From NCBI GenBank assembly GCA_964016885.1, contig OZ024740.1, positions 441,068,001 through 441,132,000 of the forward strand: a stretch of DNA of 64,000 bases, written 5' to 3'. The translations under genes were made by a program, and so were the position numbers. Shown one piece after another: positions 1-11,893 of this stretch. The notes under the pieces are model-generated. The model was not told the DNA's origin and ran no database searches. It saw nothing but the letters and a program-made list of their open reading frames with translations. Positions within the stretch are counted from its first letter, which is position 1; the number at the start of each line of letters is the position of its first letter. This DNA comes from Eledone cirrhosa (Eukaryota).

Positions 1-368
1 TAGCTTCTATCCCCAAACTTCACTGCAGGGATTCTAATTAAAAATATAAGGTAGCTAATGATATTCTGGTAGTTCTATGTCTCTGAATAATAATCCCACA
101 TGCCAAGAATTGCCCTGTGTCACCAAGTCCACCATAAACAATGTTTTCATATTAATTCCTGTACCAAGACTTTAACATGACTCCTTTGTATAGATTCGGT
201 AGTAATAGTTTTGACATCTCCCCATAAAGAACGTGTAGGTTTCCCCTACTGAAAAATAACATTGTTTACATTCAATATGGGAACTCCTCAGGCTGTTTCC
301 TGTTGAAATCCAAGATTCTCTATTGAGATGGTTCATATTGTTCTACAAATATTTCACACTAGCATTAT

Positions 369-552
369 GTAGTTGGCAGTAATGGTAGAGGGTCGGACGC
401 CATGCTTTGTCGCATAGAGTTACGGCCCTTGCCATTCTGAGTTCAAATCCTGCCGTGGTTAACTTTGTCTTTCATCCTTACGGGGTCGATAAAATAAAGT
501 ACCAGTAATACACTGCGTAATTGCTGGCCTTGTGCCAAAAGTAGAAACAATT
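369..552 (+). mobile_element. tRNA-derived SINE (octopus-type), copy 1
   Basis: A-box-like TGGCAGTAATGG, B-box GAGTTCAAATCC, body CTTTCATCCTTACGGGGTCGATAAAATAAAGTACCAG and tail GGCCTTGTGCCAAAAGTAGAAACAATT. Homologous to the copies at 2782-2967, 9020-9152 and 16381-16596. Confidence 0.85.
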
Positions 553-819
553 CTGTAGTTCTCGTCTCTGATTATCAGAGCAAGAATTCTCCTCTTAAAA
601 ATGTCAGATTCTATCAATATCAGTAGGAAGATCGTGTTACTTGGTAGAGAAAAACTTAAGGACACATTTAAAAGTTTTATGCAGTCTATATCTTGAAAAC
701 TTATTTAGATTATAGAATAGATGACACATGATAATATCTATCGCTAGATGTAGCTATTCTGTCAACGGAAACAGCAACCCATATTAATATTTGGTATGAA
801 ATGTTTGAAAGAAGGCTGC

Positions 820-960
820 ACAGTCCCTAGAACCACCTCCCTACTCAACACTGACACGGAGTTGACTACCTGCAAGAGCCTCGCGAGATGGAATGGCTCT
901 TCCAACGCGTTTCCATCACCGTCCTCCAGGGAAACACCTTCTCTATTCTCTTCACCGGGG
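820..960 (+). pseudogene. C-terminal remnant of a CRE-like (RLE) non-LTR retrotransposon ORF
   Basis: 876-959 translates to EPREMEWLFQRVSITVLQGNTFSILFTG, resembling the CRE-clade C-terminal motif (xPRExxxLFQRLSxAxxRGNAxSIL). Upstream sequence is frameshifted. Recognised by eye only. Confidence 0.5.
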
Positions 961-1426
961 CCACGGGGAAGCCAGCGAGTGGGCTCCTGTTTGCTTATAA
1001 CAGTGAGAAGTGGGGTGAGCGGGAGGGATGGAGACAGTAACTATACCAGCATTGCTCACGTATTTTGTAGAGTTAAAGGTAAAGTGATTTTACAATATGA
1101 AATGTAGGGATATTTTTAAGGGAGGGGGAGTATCAATAATACAGATCGGTGTAGTTACTTTCATAGTTGTTACTTTTCAGTTTCCCAAATGTGTTCGTTA
1201 TATCGACCTGGTGTAGTAAGTTCTTCACTATTCACTGACATCGAGAGAATATTTCATATTTTAATATGTGTATTTAATGTTTACTACAAGTAAACATAAC
1301 CACCCTAACCGGACATGTTTCCTCTCTGAGAAACATCCAATATGTTTATCATAATACACGATTATAAAATGTGTACTTAGTAATTATATAAAACACACAT
1401 AAAAATAGATAAAAAAACTCACAAAA

Positions 1427-1466
<40 letters not shown>

Positions 1467-1789
1467 CTGATTAATTGGTGAAATATATTTATTTAATGGA
1501 ATATATACAGGGAAGATTAATCATATTATAAGGTATCTATCTTTGAAGTTCTAGTCAACTTTATTTAGTTACCTACCTAGCTTTGTGTGGTTACACACTT
1601 GTAAAAATTATCTCCTGTGATTATTCATGTTTATATATATGTTAATCAATTTCTAGTTATTATAAAATGCTCGGAACTACTCGTTAGAATCGTGGAGCTT
1701 ATTTTCTGGGTGGTATGGCGCATGCCGTTCTGGCATGACACCTATAATTTTGATTTAGATTAAATTCATTTAATTTATCTTAATTTTGG

Positions 1790-1822
<33 letters not shown>

Positions 1823-1828
1823 AAAAGA

Positions 1829-2021
1829 GATGAAATCGAAAATGCAACTGGAGTCTTATTTTCTGTGGTTTTTCTCACATCTCAGATGTGAGAAAAACCA
1901 CAGACCCTCCATCTCAACTCACCTTTTGAAAAGCGGAAGAACTGCGAAACCGGTAAAGGAACCAAATAAATATATATATATTTTTTTTAAATAAGACTCC
2001 AGTTGCATTTTCGATTTCATC
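1829..2021. repeat. Nested fold-back: 33-bp outer inverted repeats plus a 21-bp perfect hairpin
   Basis: GATGAAATCGAAAATGCAACTGGAGTCTTATTT (1829-1861) is the reverse complement of 1989-2021. TCTGTGGTTTTTCTCACATCT-C-AGATGTGAGAAAAACCACAGA lies at 1862-1904. Confidence 0.9.
1922..1959 (+). ncRNA. Minimal type I hammerhead ribozyme motif, U3-A8 core variant (PLE-type)
   Basis: Stem I CCTT/AAGG; core TTGAAAA; stem II GCGG-AAGAA-CTGC; GAAA; palindromic CCGG; TA cleavage site. AATAAA follows shortly downstream. Confidence 0.6.
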
Positions 2022-2105
2022 CCTTTTTCTTTATACTTTCACTCGTGTAGGACACCTCGGTTATTTTTCATTTTGTAAAAAAAAAAAAAAAAAAAAAAAC
2101 CTCAC

Positions 2106-2174
<69 letters not shown>

Positions 2175-2245
2175 TAATTGTATGTATAAATGTGTGTATA
2201 TATATATATACGTGTATGTAAATATATATATATACGTGTATGTAA

Positions 2246-2753
2246 GTGAGGAGGGTGACTTTGGACATCCTGCAGGACTAAAAACAAAACCTGTCAAAGG
2301 GTAAAGGAGCTCTTAAGAGTCAATGGCCATCCAAAATCAACGGGAGAGATGACCCCTTAACCTTTGTCAAGGAAGAATTCTAGGAGAAGGAAAACTCTGA
2401 TATAACACCTGCAACCCTGATGGTATCCAATGATGTTGACTTGTTCTTCTTTTTGGTAAATATCATCTTGGTTAAGGGAGTGGGACTGGCTTTGTGCAGT
2501 GCCTTTGCTCACTATAAAAGCTTCACGGCACAGGCAATGCTTTGTATCTGGAAATCTCTCTGCACTTGTCATCACATGGTACCATGGGCCCAGCACTATG
2601 TGTCAGTAATTGTCACAAGTGTAGTGTTTGTACCAGTGTTTTCAAGTCGCTGGCTGGACTAAAAAGCCACACTCATTCAGCGCATCGGTAGGGGTTCTCC
2701 TACATGGATATAAAGTAGTGGCCGTACTCGAAAATGAGTTGGCAGCCACCATG
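2246..2753 (+). mobile_element. Non-autonomous RTE-related element, copy A (first ~90 bp inverted relative to copy B)
   Basis: 2246-2337 matches the reverse complement of 8339-8429, while 2354-2540 matches 8463-8668 directly (CTAGGAGAAGG(A)AACTC...CCAATGATGTTGA). Ends in an RTE-like tail, TCGAAAATGAGTTGGCAGCCACCAT. Confidence 0.55.
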
Positions 2754-2781
2754 TAAGTATATATTTGTTATAGAACATAAT

Positions 2782-2967
2782 TGTTTCTACTATTGGCACA
2801 AGGCCACAAATTACCCAGTACATTACTGGTACTTTATTGTATCGACCCCGTAAGGATGAAAGGCAAAGTTAACCCCTGCGGGATTTGAACTCAGAATGGC
2901 AAGGGCCGTAACTGAATGCGTCAAAGCATGGCGTCCGACCCTCTACCAATACTGCCAAGTCACCGCC
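2782..2967 (-). mobile_element. tRNA-derived SINE, full-length copy 2 with 15-bp TSD
   Basis: Reverse complement starts GGCGGTGACTTGGCAGTATTGGTAGAGGG and contains B-box GAGTTCAAATCC. Flanked by the direct repeat GTTATAGAACATAAT at 2767-2781 and 2972-2986. Confidence 0.9.
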
Positions 2968-3004
2968 ATTGGTTATAGAACATAATGCATACAAACACTC
3001 AAAC

Positions 3005-4655
3005 GCACACACATATATACATACATATATATATGTATCCGTATGTATATATATATGTGTGTATATCTGTGTGTGTGTATATATCGGTATGTGTGTATAT
3101 CTGCGTGTGTGTATATCTGTATGTGTGTGTGTATCTGTATGTGTGTGTGTGTATCTGTATGTGTGTGTGTGTGTATCTGTATGTGTGTGTGTGTATATCT
3201 GTATGTGTGTGTATCTGTAGGGGTGTGTGTGTGTGTGTCTGTATGTGTGTGTGTATCTGTTTGTGTGTGTGTCTGTATGTGTGTGTGTATCTGTATGTGT
3301 GTGTGTATCTGTGTGTGTGTGTGTGTATCTGTATGTGTGTGTGTATCTGTATGTGTGTGTGTCTGTAAGTGTGTGTGTATCTGTATGTGTGTGTGTGTAT
3401 TTGTATGTATGTGTGTGTGTCTGTATGTGTGTGTATCTGTATCTGTATGTGTGTGTGTGTATGTGTGTGTGTATGTGTGTGTGAATCTGTATCTGTATGT
3501 GTGTGTGTATTTGTATGTGTGTGCGTCTGTATATGTGTGTGTCTGTATGTGTGTGTGTAGGTGTGTATGTCTGTATGTGTGTGTGTGTGTCTGTACCTGT
3601 GTGTGTATCTGTATGTGTATGTCTGTATGTGTGTGTGTATCTGTATCTGTATGTGTGTGTATCTGTATGTGTGTGTGTATCTGTATGTGTGTATGTATCT
3701 GTATGTCTGTGTGTGTGTCTGTATGTGTGTCTATCTGTATGTGTGTGTGTGTATTTGTATGGGTGTGTGTGTGTGTGTGTCTGTATGTGTGTGTGTGTTT
3801 CTATGTGTGTGCGCGTATGTCTGTATGTGTGTGTGTATCTGTATGTGTATGTGTATATGTATGTGTGTGTTTGTGTGTATGTCTGTATGTGTGTGTGTAT
3901 CTGTATGTGTGTGCCTATCTGTATGTGTGTGTGTGTCTGTGTGTGTGTCTGTATGTGCGTGTGTATCTGTATGTGTGTGTATCTGTATGTGTATCTGTGT
4001 GTCTGTATGTGTGTGTGTGTCTGTATGTGTATGTGTATATGTATGTGTGTGTTTGTGTGTTTGTGTGTATGTCTGTATGTGTGTGTGTATCTGTATGTGT
4101 GTGCGTATCTGTATGTGTATGTGTGTCTGTATGTGTGTCTGTATGTATGTATGTGTATGTGTATCTGTATGTGTGTGTGTGTATGTCTGTATGCGTGTGT
4201 GTGTGTCTGTATGTGTGTGTGTCTGTATGTGTGTGTGTCTGTATGTGTATGTGTATATGTATGTGTGTGTGTTTGTCTCTATGTGTGTGTCTGTGTGTGT
4301 GTGTCTGTATCTCTGTGTGTATCTGTGTGTGTGTGTGTGTGTCTGTATGTGTGTGTGTTTGTATATGTGTGTGTGTATCTGTATGTGTGTGTGTATCTCT
4401 GTGTGTGTGTGTCTGTATGTGTGTGTGTGTATATGTATGTGTGTGTGTATCTGTATGTGTGTGTATGTATGTGTGTGTGTCCGTATGTATGTGTGTCTGT
4501 ATGTGTGTGTGTATCTGTATGTATATATGTGTGTGTGTCTGTATGTGTGTGCGTATCTGTATGTATATATGTGTGTGTGTCTGTATGTGTGTGTGTATCT
4601 GTATGTATATATGTGTGTGTGTCTGTATGTGTGTGCGTATCTGTATGTTTGCGTG
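3005..4655. repeat. Complex (GT)n / (GTAT, ATCTGT) microsatellite tract
   Basis: About 1.65 kb of TG dinucleotides interrupted by ATCTGT/GTCTGT/GTAT. It produces spurious Cys/Val ORFs in all three frames. Confidence 0.95.
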
Positions 4656-5089
4656 TCAGATGAAAAGATTTGTAGTATGATTTGTATTAAATAATGTTGG
4701 CATCTTTTTTCAATATAGAAATGATATTTAATTGCTTTATAGGAAGCCTGATTTCGATTACTAATCGATATTTTATATCACCCAAGAGGTTTTCCGTTAT
4801 CAGCTGGTCTTTACCCAGGAGATGAATTATAAATAAATATAGATGAAAAGAGATAGTTTATTAAATTTGCGTGTTTATATATTCATAAACCTCTGGTTTC
4901 TGTTCGATCCTATAGTGTTCATGTGGTGTCATTATATATATATATATATATGTATGTATGTGTGTGTATATATATATATGCGCCAATGTGTTTAATTGGG
5001 GGAATGTTTTATACATTCATACGTATGGCTGGCAGTATATATATAGTTAGGAATATGTATAATGCTTGTACATACTTCTTCTTTTATAC

Positions 5090-5270
5090 CGGTGCCATGG
5101 CGAAGTTCTTCCTCCAGTCACCCTGTCCAGAATTACCGCCTGCATCTCACTATAGTCACCTGCCCGATGTCCTCTTCAAGAACATCGTTCAGTGTTCTGG
5201 TTCGTCTCCCAACTTGTCTGCACTCATCAGACTATAGCAGAAATATCGACGCCGAAGCAAGGCTGTAGAA
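5090..5270 (-). pseudogene. Degenerate C-terminal fragment of an RTE-like reverse transcriptase
   Basis: Minus strand reads ...FLL*SDECRQVGRRTRTLNDVLEEDIG / DYSEMQAVILDR / DWRK, resembling the RTE C-terminus (GRPxxTxxDxLxxDxG...MxDRxxWR). Contains a stop and frameshifts. Confidence 0.35.
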
Positions 5271-5342
5271 AAATACTCTTCCTTCTTGGGGTACGACCAT
5301 ACTGAACTCTCAACACGCTTCTGCCAATTAAAATTAGCAGCT

Positions 5343-7025
5343 ACACAGTTATATAACCAGTAGTTACACAGTTATATAACCAGTAGTTACACAGTTATAT
5401 AACCAGTAGTTACACAGTTATATAACCAGTAGTTACACACTTATATAACCAGTAGTTACACAATTATATACCCAGTAGTTACACAATTATGTTACCAGTA
5501 GTTACACAATTATATAACCAGTAGTTACACAGTTATGTGGCCAGTAGTTACAGTTATATAACCACTAGTTACACAGTTGTGTAACCAGTAGTTACAGTTA
5601 TTTAACCAGTAGCTACACAGTTATGTAACCAGCAGTTACATAGTTATGTACCCAGTCGCTACACAGTTATGTAACCAACAGTTACACAATTATGCAACGA
5701 GTAGTTCCATAACAGTTACACAGTTGTATAACCAGTAGTTACACAGTTATGTAACCATCAGTTACACAGTTATGTACCCAGTAGTTACACATTTATATAA
5801 CCAGTAGTTACAGTTATATAACCAACGGTAACACAGTTATGTAACCAGCAGTAACATAGTTATGTAACCAACAGCTACAGTTATGTAACCAACAGTAACA
5901 CAGTTATGTAACCAACAGTTACACCGTTATTGTAACAAGTAGTTACACAGTTATCTAACCAACAGTTACACAGTTATGTACCCAGTAGCTACACAGTTAT
6001 GCAACCAGTTGTTACACAGTTATGTACCCAACAGTTACACAGTTATATAACCTTCAGTTACACAATTATGGAACCAGTGGTTACTCAGTTATGTAACCAG
6101 TAGTTACACAGTTATATAACTATCAATTACACAGTTATATAATCTGCAGTTACACAGTTATATAAGCATCAATTACACAGTTATGTAACCAGTAGTTACA
6201 TAGTTGTGTAACTAATAGTTACACTGTTATGTAACCAGTAATTACACAGTTATGTTGCCAGTAGTTACGCATTTATATAACCAGCAGTTACACAGCTATG
6301 TAAACAGTTGTTACACAGTTATGTAACCAGTAGTTACACGGTTATGTAACCAGTAGTTACACAGTTATGTAACCAGTAGTTACACAGTTATATAACCAGT
6401 AGTTACACAGTTATGTAACCGGTAGTTACACAGTTATATGACCAGTAGTTACACAGTTATGTAACCAGTAGTTACACAGTTCTATAACCAGTAGTTACAC
6501 AGTTATATAACCAGTAGTTACACAGTTATATGACCAGTAGTTACACAGTTATATAACCGTCGGTTACACAGTTATATAAACAGTAGTTACACAGTTATGT
6601 AATCAGTAGTTACACAGTTATGGAACCAGTAGTTACACAGTTATATAACCAGTAGTTACATAGTTATGTAACCGGTAGTTACACAGTTATATAACCAGTA
6701 GTTACACAGTTATGTAACCAGTAGTTACACAGTTATATAACCAGTAGTTACACAGTTATGTAACCAGTAGTTACACAGTTATATAACCAGTAGTTACACA
6801 GTTATGTAACCGGTAGTTACACAGTTATATAACCAGTAGTTACACAGTTATGTAACCAGTAGTTACACAGTTATGTAACCAGTAGTTACACAGTTATATA
6901 ACCAGTAGTTACACAGTTATATGACCAGTAGTTACACAGTTATATAAACAGTAGTTACACAGTTATGTAATCAGTAGTTACACAGTTATGGAACCAATAG
7001 TTACACAGTTATGTAACCAGCAGTT
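5343..7025. repeat. 23-bp minisatellite (ACACAGTTATRTAACCAGTAGTT)n, about 73 copies
   Basis: Direct tandem periodicity of 23 bp. The unit contains the palindrome GTTATATAAC. More diverged at ~5500-6300, more homogeneous at ~6300-7000. Confidence 0.95.
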
Positions 7026-7825
7026 GTACCATTTAACTACCGAGACTGTTCGACCATTTTTTAAAGTTATATTGTAAATATTTAACCTTTGGTCTTACCT
7101 TCTTTACATTCACTCGCAGAAATACAACCCTTGGGGTGGTTTTCTGCTAGCATGTGTAGTGTGTATACTGATATTATACGCAGGTATATGTACATGTAGA
7201 TATGATACATTAAATAAAATCGTAATTGACATTATATAATACATAGAAATTGAACGAAGAGTGCGTTACACTGTCTTATTTAATCAGTAACGTAATCCAT
7301 GATACATTAATAAAGACGATATTATATATAAACTGCATTAGGAGAAAATTAGTCACAGAAAATTAGTATGTTTATTTAAGCGATGGTCAACCGGAAGTGT
7401 TGACATTTCAGAAATTTTAAAGAAGTGAATGTTTAAATAAACAAAATAAATTTAATCAACAGCCATGAAATTTAGTAGATAAATTATGTAATATTCATTC
7501 ATTATTTATTCAACGTAATCCAACTTTTACAAACGGGATAAAAAATTAAAAAAACCTTACGCAATCCCGCAGACCTTCCTTTTTTATAGTTTAGATGTAT
7601 TGATTTACTTAAATATTTTATATCGTTCGATACCGGGTTCGGTTATTCTATCAATTATTAAACACAAATATTATATACATATATGTACATATAGAGTGGC
7701 TGACTGGCCAGGTGGTCACCTTGTCTCATGGCAGCTGGGACCATGGGTGGCCCACGGCAGTACTTTAAGGCCTAATACAAACTTTGCTTTCAAACAAAAT
7801 ATAAGAAGTCCTAGAGAAAGAATAA

Positions 7826-7893
7826 AAAATTAAGAAAAGAAACAAACAAATACAACAATTAAACATGCTAGGGTCGACTTTACATGAGATCGA

Positions 7894-7953
<60 letters not shown>

Positions 7954-8025
7954 GTACTCGATCTCATGTAAAGTCGACCCTAGTATGTTTAATTGTTGTA
8001 TTTGTTTGTTTCTTTCCTTAATTTT
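7826..8025. repeat. 200-bp palindrome centred on a (TA)n tract
   Basis: ~72-bp arms (...CTAGGGTCGACTTTACATGAGATCGAGTAC / GTACTCGATCTCATGTAAAGTCGACCCTAG...) around (TA)n. A third partial copy of the arm is at 8157-8184. Confidence 0.9.
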
Positions 8026-8335
<310 letters not shown>

Positions 8336-8338
8336 CAC

Positions 8339-8747
8339 TTTTGGATGGCCGTTGACTCTTATGAGTTCTTCCGACCTTTGTCAGGTTTTGTGTTTTGTCC
8401 TGCAGGGTGACCAAAATCACGCTCCTCACCAAATAAACTTGGTGGGGTTGCCGGTGGGGTTGCCCTAGCCTTTGTCAGGGCATTCTTCTAGGAGAAGGCA
8501 ACTCAGGAAACTGGGATAACTCCGATATAAAACCGGCGGCTGAGTAGTTACCAATGATGTTGATCTTTTCTTCTTTTCAGGTTATAGCTACTGTCGCTCA
8601 GAGAGTGGGATTGGCTCAGTGCACAGTCTTTCCTCACTTTAAAAAATATCTTCACGCACAGGCATTGCACGATAGAGTTAATCAATAATTATTATTAATG
8701 GTATATTGTGCAATGGCCATATTCGATAACGAGGGGGCAGCCATCAT
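8339..8747 (+). mobile_element. Non-autonomous RTE-related element, copy B
   Basis: Homologous to 2246-2753. The 3' end GGCCATATTCGATAACGAGGGGGCAGCCATCAT (TCG-ATAA-CGA hairpin) is followed by (TA)n, like RTE 3' tails. Confidence 0.55.
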
Positions 8748-8992
8748 ATATATATATATATATAAACAATGTACGAAGCGAAATTTTCTGCTTCTGAAGC
8801 GATGCGAATATATGTAATTATATAAGAATAAAGAACGTGCTTAAGCGCAGAAATGCTGTAAAGATATCTGGAAGATACGGGGTTCAATTCCTCACAGCCG
8901 TAGTTGGCAAATCCTTTCCCCGTCTTTTAAGGTTGTTCACCCTATTTTATAAGGAATCTTTATACCATTTCTGTGTTTGGACACTTTTTTAT

Positions 8993-9177
8993 ACTCATAT
9001 AATTAAATATATATAATAATTGTTTCTACTGTTGGCACAAGGCTAGCAATTATCCAGTACATTACTGGTACTTTATTTTATCTACCCCGTAAGGTAAAGT
9101 ACCAGTAATGTACTGGGTAATTGCTCGACTTGTGCCAAAATTAGAAACAATTATTATATATATTTAATTATATGAGT
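8993..9177. repeat. Fold-back of a SINE 3' half plus flanking DNA (83-bp arms, 19-bp spacer)
   Basis: 8993-9075 is the reverse complement of 9095-9177. Arms contain the SINE tail (AAAGTACCAGTAATGTACTGG...TTGTGCCAA...AGAAACAATT) and AT-rich flank ACTCATATAATTAAATATATAT. Confidence 0.85.
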
Positions 9178-9309
9178 TTAAAATAATATTTGTCTTTAAT
9201 AATTAATAGAATAACTCTAAAGCTGTCTGGATGTTGATAGTTATCATAGTCGGTTGGTATATCTTAACTTATCCTTTTTATTGAGTTCTGTAAACCTTAC
9301 TGTCTTTAG

Positions 9310-9837
9310 TCAGAGAGGCGACAAACATAAACGAACTCCAACCAAAATTACACAGAAAACATGAGTGGAATAGCAGCATCACAACTAGTAATTAAGGACA
9401 AGATGAAGGCATACAGACACACACAAGAACCAAACTAATAAAACAAATCAGACAAACACAGATAGAACAAACAGCCAACTAGTGACAAATAAATAAACAC
9501 ATAAATAAACACACACACACACCTGGATGTAACGCATGCGGAAACTAAGCACACAATATACAAAAGCAAGATGGTGTAGGACAGATCAAAGGGACACAAA
9601 ATAGAAACCCAGTTACTGAGGAAGTCACAGAATGTGTGACGAAAGAGCTTTGACAATATATAAACAACCATCCGGTTATCAAACCAACCAACCAACCAAC
9701 CGGAAATTTATAATAAATTGAAGTGAAAACCAACAGGTGGTGTATTTCTATTGGCAGCATGACCCTCCAAAATTTAACAATATCTGTTTCAACACACGTT
9801 TTCAGATAAGAAATCTTTTAAAACAAGTTCAAAAGCG
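9310..9837 (+). mobile_element. Older, diverged 3' fragment (pseudo-LTR) of a related Penelope-like element
   Basis: Co-linear with ~14615-15153 (CAACCAAAATTA...GAGTGGAA...GTCACAGAATGTGTGACGAAA...TTCAACACACG) and ends at the equivalent position. Confidence 0.8.
9612..9654 (+). ncRNA. Minimal hammerhead ribozyme motif in the older pLTR
   Basis: GTTA-CTGAGGA-A-GTCACA(GAATG)TGTGAC-GAAA-GAGC-TT-TGAC. Confidence 0.6.
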
Positions 9838-9938
9838 CAATTTATTATATATTTATAAATTTATAAATTTACAAATCTACAAACTTATAAATTTCTGGTT
9901 GGTTGGTTGGTTCCACAACCAGATAGTTGTTTATATAT

Positions 9939-9983
9939 AGTCATAGTCCTTTCGTCACACACTCTGTGACCTCTTCAGTGACT
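9939..9983 (-). ncRNA. Minimal hammerhead ribozyme motif (inverted pLTR)
   Basis: Minus strand AGTCA-CTGAAGA-G-GTCACA(GAGTG)TGTGAC-GAAA-GGAC-TA-TGACT. Confidence 0.7.
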
Positions 9984-10187
9984 GGGGATTCCTTTCTTTG
10001 TTTCTGTGCCTTTCCTTTCTTCTGTCCTACGCCATTTTGTTTCTGTGTGTGTGTTGTGTGCTCAGTTTGCGCATGCGCCACATCCGGGTGTCTGTGTGTG
10101 TTTGTGTTCATTTATCTATTTGTTTATTTATTTACATGTTGTTGGTTGGTTGTTTGTTCTATGTGTGTGTGTGTTTTCATTTTGTCC

Positions 10188-11871
10188 TTAATTGTAAGTT
10201 GTGATGTTGCTGTTCCACTCATATTTTCTATTTAATTTTGGTTGTAATTCTTTTATGCTTACTGCCTCTGTAATTTGCCTAAACATTGCATCTTTTCTGT
10301 GTGTGGATTCTATTTTTATTTCTATGTTCTCTAATTTACCCTTGTGTTCTATCTTAGCATGTTGGTAGAGTACAGATGATTCTTTATTATCTTGAAGGTC
10401 TCGCCAGTGTTCATTTATCCGTTCCCCTATACTACGAGCTGTCTCACCTATGTACACTATATTTTTGTTCCTACATTGTCCTTCAGTACATCTTATGCTA
10501 TACACTACATTTCTAGTTTTACAGTTAATATGGGGGCTTATTTTACAGGTTATACATTTCTTATCTATACATGAGGGTCTTTGGAACGGGTATGTCTTGC
10601 TAATAAGTGTTTTTACGGAGGTACCTGGCCTTTCTACTATCTTAATATTGAGTTTATGTTTATTTAGGGCCCTTCTAAATTTGTAGGCTAGTTCGCCTCT
10701 AGGGGTTGTATTGATGAACATTACACTCTGGTATTTATTGCTATCATACCATGAGTTTATTCTATTGGCCTTGTTCCTAGTTCTTTCTATTCTATTCCAA
10801 AATTTGCTCCTATACAAGGGGCAGGTCCCATTTGTGTCATTATTTACCATTTTTTCCCATTTGGTTCTGGCTCCTCTATACACTCTGATTCTATCTCTCT
10901 GATTGTAGCCAGAGAACTGCATACGGTGGATGAAGTGTTGTATGTGTCTCTCTAGTTCTTCAGGGTTGCACATGCGGGACACATTTCTCATCATCCGTAC
11001 CAAATCCGCAATAAAGTATGTTGATTTTGGTATGGTCCGAAATGGCCGAGTTTCGGTGGATCAGATGTTTGGAAGTCATGGGTTTGGCATAATGGGAATG
11101 GAGGATTTGTTTTTGGTTGTTAATGGTATCTAACCAGAGCTCTGTGTCTAGTACAGGTAATCGATGGTTGGGTTGTCTACTTGGGTAGTCTATAGTAACT
11201 CTAATGCTCTGGTGGATGGAGTTTGCTATTTGCTGGATGCTTTCCATTGTGTTTTTCTCTAGTTCCTGACTGTTCTCTAGTGGGGGTGTCTTAACTACGT
11301 AGCGGGAGTACATTATCAGGGTTAAGCTGTCTTCTAATTGTTCTTTAAGTTTAAGTTTAAGTCTACTGTCCCACCATACCATGAATAAGTTAGCTATGTC
11401 GCCTGCAATGCTAACACCAATGGCTGCTCCTTCCTCTTGGGCATATGTTTTTCCATTAAATTTGAACATATGTTCCTTAAGGGTTAATTTTATGCTGGCC
11501 CCTACCGCATGTGCAATCATTTTCTTCAGTTCATCGTGGTTTTCGGGTGTCCGTATGGCTCTGGTCCACCCGTTCCATCTATCTGTGTGGGTTTTCTTGG
11601 CCATTGAGGTAATGGTAGGTGGTCTGCCTCTTGCTGGTCTTGTAGGGCACAGGTTGCTAAGGTCATAAGTGTCTAGGTAACTATTACTATGGGTAAGCTT
11701 AAGTAGAAGTCCCAGCTCACTGGTATCAATCCCACGGAACTCAACCTTGCTCTCGCTGATCATTTCTACGCATTTCTCCACAGCAAAATCCATGTCAATA
11801 GATGGATACAGGGACACAACATCCATACTGCCTATTATGCAGTTTGTTAGGTCTCCAGATCGGTTACTCAC
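10188..11871 (-). pseudogene. PLE RT (partial) + GIY-YIG endonuclease, frameshifted
   Basis: ORFs 10960-11871 (GSMDVVSLYPSI, QEEGAAIG, RYVVK lacking DD) and 10188-11003 (NVVYSIRC...YIGETARSIGERINEH). Confidence 0.9.
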
Positions 11872-11893
11872 GCCGGTTACTCACGCCGATTCT

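Larger units (their letters stand above)
9838..11893 (-). mobile_element. Penelope-like element, inverted 5'-truncated copy
   Basis: Near-identical reverse complement of 13003-15045 (coordinate sum 24883 for the ORFs and ribozyme). A 13-bp tandem duplication CGGTTACTCACGC sits at the inner junction (11861-11886). Confidence 0.92.

Noticed and set aside
1700-1720. Minus-strand GCCATACCACCCAGAA similar to the start of 5S rRNA
   Set aside because: Similarity stops after ~16 nt; no internal promoter boxes.
2969-4694. Long Cys/Val-rich ORFs (up to 545 aa)
   Set aside because: Translation of a (GT)n microsatellite; open in all three frames simply for lack of stops.
7100-7600. Possible Helitron-like end (TTTTATAGTTTAGAT)
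   Set aside because: No matching hairpin-CTAG terminus found.
8835-8905. tRNA-like B-box GGTTCAATTCC
   Set aside because: No cloverleaf can be drawn; at most a decayed SINE head.
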